A DNA stretch of 50,865 nt from the IMG/VR virus record IMGVR_UViG_3300045988_090630; one strand, given 5' to 3'. The stretch is from a virus. Positions 1 through 7,005 of this stretch are shown one piece after another. Position 1 is the stretch's first letter. The number at the start of each line of letters is the position of its first letter. The notes beneath the pieces were generated by a model. It saw nothing but the letters and a program-made list of their open reading frames with translations. It had not been told where the DNA came from and made no database searches. The translations under genes and the position numbers were made by a program.

Positions 1-55
1 GCCTCCACCAAATGTGAATCAGGCGAACCCCCCACGATCTACTTCGTGGGTGCGT
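1..55. repeat. Terminal 55-bp direct repeat identical to 50811-50865; most simply an assembly overlap of a circular or circularly permuted genome
   Basis: Base-for-base identity of 1-55 and 50811-50865. The recombinase frame runs through the repeat and closes at 88-90. Confidence 0.85.
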
Positions 56-90
56 TCTTCGTCCTGACCATGCCGCTCCCTGAGCGGTAA
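1..90 (+). CDS. int: 3' end of the large serine recombinase gene, continuing from 49284-50865 across the circular junction
   Basis: Frame of 49284 continues as ASTKCESGEPPTIYFVGAFFVLTMPLPER, then TAA at 88-90. It is followed by a terminator. Confidence 0.7.
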   Translation, partial: ASTKCESGEPPTIYFVGAFFVLTMPLPER

Positions 91-92
91 AA

Positions 93-135
93 AATAGGCA
101 CTCGGCCTTGATAGCCGGGTGCCTATTTCTTTTTG
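93..135 (+). terminator. Rho-independent terminator after the recombinase gene
   Basis: Stem AATAGGCAC (93-101) / GTGCCTATT (119-127), then TTTCTTTTT. Confidence 0.7.
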
Positions 136-173
136 CCCTGCTGACAATATAAACAACATAGTGCGGTCAATAA

Positions 174-250
174 TTGTGCAGTATACATCTTGATAACCAT
201 GCGCGCGTATGGTAATATATAGCCACAGTAAAGGAAAGGTGGACAACAAA
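174..250 (+). promoter_or_regulatory. Promoter-operator-leader cassette, copy A
   Basis: TTGATA 190-195, a 17-nt spacer, TAATAT 213-218. The spacer is the near-palindrome ACCATGCGCGCGTATGGT (196-213). The unit is repeated at 657-734 and 2786-2862. Confidence 0.7.
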
Positions 251-589
251 ATGAAAATGATTAAGGTCGAGGAGCTGCACAAGGAAGCCAACGGTAACAG
301 CTACACCCGCAGCACCTACATGGTCGGTCGTTATGAGGTTTGCATCGACGATGCCGCCTACGCAGACGGTCGCACCCGCCGCTCCATCTCCGTCACCGAG
401 CCGTATGAGAGCGGCTGCTATCTCCCGAAGATCTACTACAACGAGGACGTGTTCGGTGAGAAAGCCTCGGACTTCTCCATCCAGACCACTTCCTATGGTG
501 CGCTGAATTCCGAAGAATTTCAGAAGTTCATCGCGGATCAGAACGAGGCTCTGGAAGTCGTCGAAACCCTGAAAAAAGAGCTGCTGTAA
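251..589 (+). CDS. Hypothetical protein (112 aa, MKMIKVEEL...)
   Basis: The track ORF 209..589 begins inside the promoter. The internal ATG at 251 follows AAAGGAAAGG, and a terminator lies downstream. Confidence 0.65.
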   Translation: MKMIKVEELHKEANGNSYTRSTYMVGRYEVCIDDAAYADGRTRRSISVTEPYESGCYLPKIYYNEDVFGEKASDFSIQTTSYGALNSEEFQKFIADQNEALEVVETLKKELL

Positions 590-594
590 CAAGC

Positions 595-626
595 ACCCCG
601 CCCCGAAAAGGCGGGGTTTATTTTTT
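595..626 (+). terminator. Rho-independent terminator
   Basis: CCCCGCC (596-602) / GGCGGGG (610-616), then TTTATTTTTT. Confidence 0.8.
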
Positions 627-656
627 GACAAAAAGACCATATACACGCCAGTATCT

Positions 657-734
657 TTGTGCAGTCTAGCTCTTGTTTACCATGCGCGTGTATGGTAATA
701 TACAGACACAATAAAGGACGGAGGTAAATACAAA
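657..734 (+). promoter_or_regulatory. Promoter-operator-leader cassette, copy B
   Basis: TTGTTT 673-678, a 17-nt spacer ACCATGCGCGTGTATGG, TAATAT 696-701. The leader ACAATAAAGGACGGAGGTAAA is shared with copy C. Confidence 0.65.
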
Positions 735-950
735 ATGACCGCTAAATACTTTGCAAACTCTGCAAAATATCAGATCACGCTGAACCGTAAAGAGGCCGAG
801 GCTCTCGCCTACTATGGCAGCTCCTACGACTACCTGATCACCGCTCTGAAGCTGTGGAGCGATGAGGCCGCTGAACTGAAGATCTTCGTCGATAACAAAT
901 TCACCGTCATGGCCGACCTGAACCGGGCACTGGCCGCCAGCAGGAATTGA
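735..950 (+). CDS. Hypothetical protein (71 aa)
   Basis: Track ORF. GGAGG-containing leader directly upstream. Confidence 0.65.
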   Translation: MTAKYFANSAKYQITLNRKEAEALAYYGSSYDYLITALKLWSDEAAELKIFVDNKFTVMADLNRALAASRN

Positions 951-963
951 GGAGGGCACCGTA

Positions 964-1272
964 ATGAAGAACATTCTGGTTGATATGCTGAAGGCTCAGG
1001 GCTTCACCGCCGCACAGTCCATGGAGTTCGCTTGTGAACACACGCTGCTCTCCAAGAAGTACGAGAAGCAGGTGCAGACCTGCTGGTGCGGAGAGCGGAC
1101 CTCCACGCTGGAGGTCAAGTTGTTCGTCAATCTGGAGGCCGGGATCTGCCGGGTGTGGTTCTATTCGGACGGTCGGCGGGATGCCTACAAGGAGCGGTGG
1201 TACTCCACTCTCGGCAAGCGCACCTATAACGCCATTGCCGAGACCATCAAAAACGCAGGGTTTGAGATTTGA
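964..1272 (+). CDS. Hypothetical protein (102 aa)
   Basis: Track ORF. GAGGAGGG lies upstream of the ATG. Tightly spaced after 735..950, with a terminator after it. Confidence 0.65.
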   Translation: MKNILVDMLKAQGFTAAQSMEFACEHTLLSKKYEKQVQTCWCGERTSTLEVKLFVNLEAGICRVWFYSDGRRDAYKERWYSTLGKRTYNAIAETIKNAGFEI

Positions 1273-1284
1273 ATATCGGAAACG

Positions 1285-1313
1285 CCCCGGCTGGTGCCGG
1301 GGTATTTTGTTTT
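1285..1313 (+). terminator. Rho-independent terminator
   Basis: CCCCGGC (1285-1291), loop TGGT, GCCGGGG (1296-1302), then TATTTTGTTTT. Confidence 0.8.
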
Positions 1314-1342
1314 AGAAAATATTATTTTATTCGATAAAACGC

Positions 1343-1371
1343 TTGACAAAAATAATATTTTGGTGTATACT
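1343..1371 (+). promoter_or_regulatory. Near-consensus sigma70-type promoter
   Basis: TTGACA 1343-1348, 17-nt spacer, TATACT 1366-1371, with TG immediately upstream. Confidence 0.65.
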
Positions 1372-1423
1372 ATAATCACAGCAAGGGAAACAAACAAAAA
1401 GAACTAAACGGAGGAAAACAAAA

Positions 1424-1693
1424 ATGACGAAGTTTTATGACGGTAAGAAGATCCTGAGCATCACCATGACGGATGACCGGACGGGAATCGACTTTGAAAA
1501 CGAGTTCTTTGAGATCGGTCAGCTCCCTTACAACATGGAGCTGGATGCAAACAAGGTAGAGGATGTCGATTATCTGATCGACCAGGCCGTGACCTATGCA
1601 AACGGCACCAATACCGATTTTGAGTACCAGTACGACGAGGACGGCAACCTGCTGGACGGCTGCAGCGTGTCTTACACCGTCGAAGATATGTGA
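1424..1693 (+). CDS. Small, strongly acidic hypothetical protein (89 aa)
   Basis: Track ORF with GGAGGAAAAC RBS. By my count 21 D/E against 5 K/R. It has its own promoter and terminator. Confidence 0.7.
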   Translation: MTKFYDGKKILSITMTDDRTGIDFENEFFEIGQLPYNMELDANKVEDVDYLIDQAVTYANGTNTDFEYQYDEDGNLLDGCSVSYTVEDM

Positions 1694-1709
1694 CCGAAAC
1701 AACAAAACC

Positions 1710-1745
1710 CCCGGTGTCCACAGTGGACACCGGGAGCTTTCTTCA
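1710..1745 (+). terminator. Hairpin terminator
   Basis: CCCGGTGTCCAC / GTGGACACCGGG (1710-1734), followed by AGCTTTCTTC. The U-tract is weak. Confidence 0.55.
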
Positions 1746-1799
1746 AAGAGCAGATATAAAACGCGGAAAGCAAAAAGCAAAAGAATAGGAGAACGAAAA

Positions 1800-2234
1800 A
1801 TGAAAAAGATCATCAACGGCAAGCTGTACAACACCGAGACCGCAAAGAAACTCGGCGACTGGGAGTCCGATCAGGACTACCGTGGCCTGTACCACGAAGA
1901 AGAGTCCCTCTACCGCACGAAGTCTGGAAACTATTTTTTGTGGTGCTACGGCGGAGCCGCCAGCCGGTATAATCAGCAGACCGGGCAGAATGAGTGGTCG
2001 AGCGGTGAACTGATCCAGCCGATCAGCGAGGACCGGGCTAAGAAGTGGGCCGAGGATCGTCTGGACGGCGATTCTTACGAGCGCATTTTTGGGGAGATCT
2101 CCGAGGGCGAATCGGAAACCGCATCTGTGATTCTTCCCCCGGATGTTGTGGCAAAGCTGAAGGAGGAAATGGAGCGCAGCGGCAAAAAGCGAACGGACGC
2201 AATCGTCGAAGCCTTGCGGCAATATCTCAAATAA
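1800..2234 (+). CDS. Hypothetical protein with a C-terminal ribbon-helix-helix-like segment (144 aa)
   Basis: Internal ATG at 1800 (MKKIINGKLYNTETAK...) after AATAGGAGAA. The C-terminus SVILPPDVVAKLKEEMERSGKKRTDAIVEALRQYL looks CopG/Arc-like. Confidence 0.6.
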   Translation: MKKIINGKLYNTETAKKLGDWESDQDYRGLYHEEESLYRTKSGNYFLWCYGGAASRYNQQTGQNEWSSGELIQPISEDRAKKWAEDRLDGDSYERIFGEISEGESETASVILPPDVVAKLKEEMERSGKKRTDAIVEALRQYLK

Positions 2235-2242
2235 CGAAAAGG

Positions 2243-2272
2243 CCCCCGGCAGCGATGCCGGGGGTTCTTTTA
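2243..2272. terminator. Bidirectional terminator between convergent genes
   Basis: CCCCCGGCA (2243-2251) / TGCCGGGGG (2256-2264), with an A-run before and TTCTTTTA after. Confidence 0.75.
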
Positions 2273-2455
2273 TGTCGCCGTTACATCCAGATCGTCCGGG
2301 TGCTTTGCCAGCTTTTCTGCCAGCTCGCCGAGGGCATCCTCTGCCGTGAGTTGGTCGTTGTATCTGTACTCGGCGGTGCGCAACTCGCCGCAGTTGCCGT
2401 CTGCCCATGAATCCGGCACGTCGATAGTCCCGGTGATTGTTACCTTGATTTTCAT
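2270..2455 (-). CDS. Hypothetical protein (61 aa)
   Basis: Track ORF. Its start overlaps the stop of the upstream HTH gene (ATGA). Confidence 0.55.
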   Translation of the reverse strand: MKIKVTITGTIDVPDSWADGNCGELRTAEYRYNDQLTAEDALGELAEKLAKHPDDLDVTAT

Positions 2456-2697
2456 TCGCTGCTTTCCTTTCGTTCCACGGCCTCCGGCTCGATCAGGTCC
2501 TCGATCTGGCAGCCGAGAACCTTTGCCAGCTTGAGCAACTGGTAAACGTCACGGGGCACACGGAGGCGGCGGCACCATGACTCAATGGTCCGAAGCGGCA
2601 CCCCGCTCTGCTTGGACAGGTCGGATCTGGTCATGCCCTTTTCAATCAGCTTTTTGTCGATGGGGGTCATGTTCTCGGTCATCGTCAGTTTTCTCAT
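2452..2697 (-). CDS. XRE/Cro-CI-type helix-turn-helix regulator (81 aa)
   Basis: MTRSDLSKQSGVPLRTIESW is HTH-like. GGGAG lies 10 nt before the ATG at 2697. The track start 2721 abuts the -10 box, so the internal Met is preferred. Confidence 0.75.
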   Translation of the reverse strand: MRKLTMTENMTPIDKKLIEKGMTRSDLSKQSGVPLRTIESWCRRLRVPRDVYQLLKLAKVLGCQIEDLIEPEAVERKESSE

Positions 2698-2723
2698 GCG
2701 GTAATCGCTCCCTTTCAGCATCT

Positions 2724-2752
2724 ATTATACTGCGTGTGTATGGCTTTGTCAA
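2724..2752 (-). promoter_or_regulatory. Consensus promoter for the HTH gene
   Basis: On the minus strand: TTGACA (2752-2747), 17-nt spacer, TATAAT (2729-2724). The spacer carries an operator-like CCATACACACGC. Confidence 0.7.
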
Positions 2753-2785
2753 TTTGACGAAATAACCATACATACGCATTGTTAT

Positions 2786-2862
2786 TTGTGCAGTATACAT
2801 CTTGATAACCATGCGCGCGTATGGTAATATATAGACACAATAAAGGACGGGGGTAAAACAAA
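2786..2862 (+). promoter_or_regulatory. Promoter-operator-leader cassette, copy C
   Basis: TTGATA 2802-2807, spacer ACCATGCGCGCGTATGG, TAATAT 2825-2830. Almost identical to copy A. Confidence 0.7.
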
Positions 2863-3036
2863 ATGACCAAGTATACTAAGTTCGAGGCAATCTTCAGAAA
2901 CGAGACGCTGGTGTTCACCGACAGAGATCCGAAGTTCAGAAACCGGCTGGATGTGTACAATTACATCTGCGCAGAGCGGCTCGGCAAGAAGTACGGAAAG
3001 TTCATCCGCATCAACGAATCCACTGTTTGCTACTAA
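2863..3036 (+). CDS. Small hypothetical protein (57 aa, MTKYTKFEAIF...), absent from the ORF track
   Basis: ATG at 2863 sits in the same position relative to the cassette as in copies A and B. Hand translation is open to TAA at 3034-3036. Confidence 0.55.
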   Translation: MTKYTKFEAIFRNETLVFTDRDPKFRNRLDVYNYICAERLGKKYGKFIRINESTVCY

Positions 3037-3052
3037 GAAGGAGGTCTGAATC

Positions 3053-3229
3053 GTGAAACGCTATAAGGTGTACGTCTACAACACGGTTGATAAGTTCTGG
3101 GACTGCTACGAGGTCCTTGCCAAGGACCCGGTGGATGCCCGGAACGTGGCAGTGCAGCGGTTGATCGATGAGACCGGGCACGGTCTGGATGTCTACGAAG
3201 TGACCGACGTGTGTGAGATCAAAGGCTAA
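3053..3229 (+). CDS. Small hypothetical protein (58 aa, GTG start), absent from the ORF track
   Basis: GAAGGAGG (3037-3044) lies 8 nt before GTG 3053. Open to TAA at 3227-3229. Confidence 0.5.
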   Translation: MKRYKVYVYNTVDKFWDCYEVLAKDPVDARNVAVQRLIDETGHGLDVYEVTDVCEIKG

Positions 3230-3242
3230 GGGGGGCAGCGAA

Positions 3243-3461
3243 ATGATGACCAGTACGTTCAACAAGATCTATGCCAACGCCCAGAACATGAACATCGAGA
3301 CCAGCGAGTGGTTTAACCGGGCGGGGTTCTTCTGGTGCCAATGCACCGAGAAGCAGCTGCAGAAGATGCGGCTGCTTCTCCGGGCGCAGGGCTGCAAGAC
3401 CATCATACGGGATGACGGTGAGTGGTTCGTCCTGAAGAACGGAAATATCATTAAAGCATAA
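3243..3461 (+). CDS. Hypothetical protein (72 aa)
   Basis: Internal ATG at 3243 of track ORF 3213..3461, after AAGGGGGG. Confidence 0.6.
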   Translation: MMTSTFNKIYANAQNMNIETSEWFNRAGFFWCQCTEKQLQKMRLLLRAQGCKTIIRDDGEWFVLKNGNIIKA

Positions 3462-3473
3462 GGAGACAGTTCG

Positions 3474-3701
3474 ATGAAGAAGATCGCAAATAAATCTTTT
3501 CCTTTGTTCTACCTGAAAGAGAGTGAGCTGGAGGAAAAATACCGCACCAAAGAGGGCTACACCTATATGATCGTCAACGGATACGAGGTTCGCTGGCCTA
3601 GCTGGGAGAACCTCATGGCTGCGCTCGAAGATCACACCGCAGAGTTCTTCGTTCCGGGTGGAACGTGGGAGCCGCTGGGCGATGAAAAGCCGGATTTTTA
3701 A
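3474..3701 (+). CDS. Hypothetical protein (75 aa)
   Basis: Track ORF with AAGGAGA RBS. Confidence 0.6.
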   Translation: MKKIANKSFPLFYLKESELEEKYRTKEGYTYMIVNGYEVRWPSWENLMAALEDHTAEFFVPGGTWEPLGDEKPDF

Positions 3702-3714
3702 GGAGAGCCAGATT

Positions 3715-3945
3715 ATGAAGCTGCTGGATCTGTTGAACGTGATCGAGGACGACACCCCGATCTGGATTTACATTGATCATCCGTTTCCGTGTAAAAAGGA
3801 GGGGCTGTTTTTCGGGGCGGTGCAGTTCGCTGCGGAGAACGATTCCGAGTGGGAAGGCTACCGTGTGGTGCTGACTTTCCCGGAGTTGTATGAGCCTCTC
3901 GGCGGGGTTGTTGGTATGTCGATTGTTGTTGTGAAGGAGGAATGA
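3715..3945 (+). CDS. Hypothetical protein (76 aa)
   Basis: Internal ATG at 3715 (MKLLDLLNV...) after AAGGAGAG. Confidence 0.6.
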   Translation: MKLLDLLNVIEDDTPIWIYIDHPFPCKKEGLFFGAVQFAAENDSEWEGYRVVLTFPELYEPLGGVVGMSIVVVKEE

Positions 3946-4499
3946 GCGTGGAATGCCTGAACTTCAGGGTCGAATCCCCGGAGAACTTTGTAAAAATCGC
4001 TTGCACAGTTCTTTTTGGGAAAAGAGAGGGACTGAGCGATTACGCTACAGTTTGGCATGATGTGTTCGATGGCAGTGCCGGGGATCAGCGTTTTCGGCAG
4101 TTCATGGAAGAACTTTTCCCGGATGGCTGCACCATCGGGGAAAAGGAACTGCACCAGTTGACGGACCGTGCGATCCACTACCTAAAAACAGAAACAATTT
4201 GCCTCGACATAAAGGCGGGGCATGATATGGCACAGGCTGTCTTTTGGGTGTATTTCATCCCGGAGCATAAAGTCTACGAGTGCGATTATGGCAGCCATGA
4301 AGAAAAGGTCATCGAGATTCTTACAAATTTCTTCGGGACCGACATAATGAAATACCCGGTGAGCGTTCTGAAAAAGTTTATATTGGGGTCGTTCCGAATT
4401 AAATCTACACAAACGACTGTCGGGTCGATTGCTGCCGATGCCGAATTTATCCAGATGGCGGTATACGGAAGAAGTAAGCCGAGGGGGTCTGTATCGTGA
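3942..4499 (+). CDS. Hypothetical protein (185 aa) in a lower-GC segment
   Basis: Track ORF. The start could instead be GTG 3948. Hand counts give local GC of about 37-52%. Confidence 0.6.
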   Translation: MSVECLNFRVESPENFVKIACTVLFGKREGLSDYATVWHDVFDGSAGDQRFRQFMEELFPDGCTIGEKELHQLTDRAIHYLKTETICLDIKAGHDMAQAVFWVYFIPEHKVYECDYGSHEEKVIEILTNFFGTDIMKYPVSVLKKFILGSFRIKSTQTTVGSIAADAEFIQMAVYGRSKPRGSVS

Positions 4500-4816
4500 A
4501 GTTCTATCATGCTACCACAAAGGAGGCTGCTGAAAGCATCCAAAAGGACGGCGTTCTGAAAGCCGGGCCTTTCGGGGAGGTGTTCCTCTGCCGCTCCCCG
4601 CTGGATGCTTGCAAGTTCCTAATCATCCGGGGAGTGCTTCAGGTTTCGGTGTTCGAGGTCAATCTGAAGCGCAGCGAGGTGACTGAGAGCCACGACCATT
4701 CCGAGGGGTTCTTCCAGTGCAAGGCATACACGCACGACGGAGACATTGCCGTTTCAGATCGGGTGCCTGTTCGCACCTATGACTTTCAAAATCTTGTAAA
4801 GGGGTATAAATCATGA
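4496..4816 (+). CDS. Hypothetical protein (106 aa)
   Basis: Track ORF with a GTG start overlapping the previous stop. The N-terminus is FYHATTKEAAESIQKDG. Confidence 0.55.
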   Translation: MKFYHATTKEAAESIQKDGVLKAGPFGEVFLCRSPLDACKFLIIRGVLQVSVFEVNLKRSEVTESHDHSEGFFQCKAYTHDGDIAVSDRVPVRTYDFQNLVKGYKS

Positions 4817-5013
4817 AAATGGTGAACGCAAAGGGCGAGGCTGTCTATTTCAACCGGGCATGGAAGCACGGGAAGGAGACGTGGGTGGTTCAGGGCATCG
4901 GCGAAACGCTTGTGATCGGGCGTGACCGCCAGAAGCGCAGGAGCCGCACATTCACCCAGCTGCCGCAGGCTGAGAAATATCTTGCTCGTATGGGATTCAA
5001 AGCCGCCCCTTGA
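4813..5013 (+). CDS. Hypothetical protein (66 aa)
   Basis: Track ORF. ATGA overlap with the previous gene. Confidence 0.55.
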   Translation: MKMVNAKGEAVYFNRAWKHGKETWVVQGIGETLVIGRDRQKRRSRTFTQLPQAEKYLARMGFKAAP

Positions 5014-5037
5014 GCCTTGATTTTTCCAACGGAAAAA

Positions 5038-5085
5038 ACACCCCCGGAGAAGCGCGTAAACTCTCCGGGGGTGTAACTTTATTCT
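5038..5085 (+). terminator. Terminator of the rightward small-gene operon
   Basis: ACACCCCCGGAGA (5038-5050) / TCTCCGGGGGTGT (5062-5074), then a T-rich tail. Confidence 0.75.
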
Positions 5086-5124
5086 GAATACACAAAACGC
5101 CATACAGTGGCTTTCTGTGCGGGT

Positions 5125-5167
5125 GCAGAAAAGGGCAGGTGCTATTGTGCATCTGCCCTTTGTTTTG
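5125..5167 (-). terminator. Terminator of the leftward late/lysis operon
   Basis: AAGGGCAG (5131-5138) / CTGCCCTT (5153-5160). On the minus strand it is followed by TTTTCTGC. Confidence 0.7.
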
Positions 5168-5176
5168 CGTGTGGTT

Positions 5177-5893
5177 TTACTCGCTGCAGATCCACTCTGC
5201 ATAGCGGAGATTGAGCCACCCGGCTCCGCTCTTGAGTCTGCCGTAGCTGCCCTGCACCTCGGTGATGGTGAAGATGTTCGGGCCACGGACAACCACGGTG
5301 GCGGGATATTCACTGCCGGGGCCTTTCCGGGCGGCGACCATCGGGACGGTCACCCGAACCAGAAAGGGCGGCTTCGCCACGTTGTACTGGGTCAGGTTGT
5401 ACCGCTCGATCATGGCGCAGAGAACCTCGACGTAGTCCGGGGCGGTGGCGTACCCTCCGTCCTTGATGATCTGGGCGGCGGTGCGGTAGTCCAGCTGCCA
5501 GCGCAGCCCCTTGTACCGCAGGTCGGTGCCGTTCATCGCCCCGGCGAGGTATGCGCTGTGGTCAGCGATGGAGTCCTCGACGCTGGCATACACCCGGAAC
5601 TCGGAGGGCTGCCGGACGGTTTCTCCGCTGCTGGCCTCCGAAGATACCCACGTCATGCTTTTCCCGGTCCATGTGGAGCCGGGCCAGTTGTTGCCAGAGA
5701 GGTTCTTCTTCATCCCGAAGCAGTTGTTGGAGGCCGAGGCCAACGGAGACCGGCCCCAGAAACTTTCGATGATGAACTGGGCGAGGGTGATTGCTGCCGG
5801 GATGCCGGACACGACGTTGTCCAAGGTGGCCAGCGGTGCGACCTTTTTGATGACCGCTTCGTGGGACAAATACTTCAGTTCTTCGGCTTGCAT
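5177..5893 (-). CDS. Endolysin: N-acetylglucosaminidase (FlgJ/mannosyl-glycoprotein endo-beta-GlcNAcase type) plus a C-terminal SH3-like wall-binding domain
   Basis: AITLAQFIIESFWGRSPLASASNNCFGMKK motif. C-terminus GSYGRLKSGAGWLNLRY. Confidence 0.8.
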   Translation of the reverse strand: MQAEELKYLSHEAVIKKVAPLATLDNVVSGIPAAITLAQFIIESFWGRSPLASASNNCFGMKKNLSGNNWPGSTWTGKSMTWVSSEASSGETVRQPSEFRVYASVEDSIADHSAYLAGAMNGTDLRYKGLRWQLDYRTAAQIIKDGGYATAPDYVEVLCAMIERYNLTQYNVAKPPFLVRVTVPMVAARKGPGSEYPATVVVRGPNIFTITEVQGSYGRLKSGAGWLNLRYAEWICSE

Positions 5894-5900
5894 GGTGCCC

Positions 5901-6605
5901 TCACTTTCTGGCGGTGTACTTCAGGCTGATCCATCCGGCCCCGCTCTTCAACTTGCCCCAGACGCCCTGCTGCTGCACGATGGTGAACACCTGCCCCTTG
6001 CTCACAGTCTGGGCGACGGCGTAGTTCGTGCCCGGCCCCCTGCGGACGTTCAGGCTGCTGGCCGTGATCTGAACGATGAACGGCTCCGGGGTGGCCTCTG
6101 CACCCAGCCGCTTGTTGACCTCGCTGGCGATGTACGGGAACTTGCTTTTGAGGTAGGGACCGGGGCAGAGCGTGGACTTGAAGTAGCAGTGCATCGTGAG
6201 GTTCCCGGTCTTGTCGCCGGTGAAGTTGAGCCTCTGGATGCCGTTGCGCTTGCAGATGTCTACGCACAGGTCGATGAGCGAGGCCATCGCCTTGTCGCTC
6301 ACAGTCCAGTTCGGGCCGAGGGTGTTGTTTGCCACCTCGATGGTGACAGCCTGATTGTCATTGTCCGGGCTGCTGGAGGTCCATGCCCGGTCCTTTTCCT
6401 CGACGTACATCCCGATGCGGCCATCGGTGCCGATGCCGTAGTTGGAGCTTGCCTTTCGGCTGGTCGGGGCAAAAACTGCGCCGCACTGCTCCACGGTCAG
6501 ATTGCCAGCCATGTGGTGGATGGTGATCTTGCGGATGGGCTTCTTGCGGGGGCTTGTCCTGTTCGGGCTGATCTTGGTGTAGGAGATCAGAGAACTGTTG
6601 CTCAT
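5901..6605 (-). CDS. Endolysin: N-acetylmuramoyl-L-alanine amidase (Amidase_2/PGRP type) plus a C-terminal SH3-like domain
   Basis: ITIHHMAGN...SSNYGIGTDGRI...AVTIEVAN motifs. C-terminus GVWGKLKSGAGWISLKY. Confidence 0.85.
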   Translation of the reverse strand: MSNSSLISYTKISPNRTSPRKKPIRKITIHHMAGNLTVEQCGAVFAPTSRKASSNYGIGTDGRIGMYVEEKDRAWTSSSPDNDNQAVTIEVANNTLGPNWTVSDKAMASLIDLCVDICKRNGIQRLNFTGDKTGNLTMHCYFKSTLCPGPYLKSKFPYIASEVNKRLGAEATPEPFIVQITASSLNVRRGPGTNYAVAQTVSKGQVFTIVQQQGVWGKLKSGAGWISLKYTARK

Positions 6606-6665
6606 GGGAGCGACCTCCTTTCTCCCCGGCGGGCTTCTGCACCCACCGGGGAAGGTCTGAATGTG

Positions 6666-6992
6666 TTAGTCTTTGGTGATCTCGTCGGCGATGTTCTCGG
6701 CCACCTCGTCCATCTCCTTGATGGCGGCATCGATGAAAGCGTCCAAGAAGGGCGTGACCTCGATGTTCTTCATCTTGAGCAGCTTGATGACCAGAGCGTG
6801 CTTGTCGGTCTTGGGAATCTTGCCAGCTTCTGCGGCTTTCTCTGCGCCCTTGACCAGCTTGCGGATCAGCGAGAAGATGCGCTGCTCACGGAGCCAAGGA
6901 ATGCCGATCTTGGCAGCCATGAACATGGCAATGGTGCCGATGATCTCCATGACGCTGGGAAGAATGGCGGTTGCGATTTCGGTGATATTCAT
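6666..6992 (-). CDS. Holin-like protein (LL-H family-like)
   Basis: N-terminal hydrophobic helix (ILPSVMEIIGTIAMFMAAKI) and a charged C-terminus. Lies immediately upstream of the lysins. Confidence 0.6.
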   Translation of the reverse strand: MNITEIATAILPSVMEIIGTIAMFMAAKIGIPWLREQRIFSLIRKLVKGAEKAAEAGKIPKTDKHALVIKLLKMKNIEVTPFLDAFIDAAIKEMDEVAENIADEITKD

Positions 6993-7005
6993 AGCTTTCC
7001 TCCTG

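Noticed and set aside
1-55. 55-bp terminal direct repeats considered as attL/attR of an integrated prophage
   Set aside because: No host genes flank them, and the integrase ORF reads continuously through the repeat. Serine integrases leave only very short (few-bp) crossover duplications. An assembler overlap of a circular contig explains the repeats better.
196-213. Promoter-spacer palindrome considered as a LexA (Cheo) box
   Set aside because: ACCATGCGCGCGTATGGT has no GAAC-N4-GTTC core. It is more likely the operator of a phage-encoded HTH protein.
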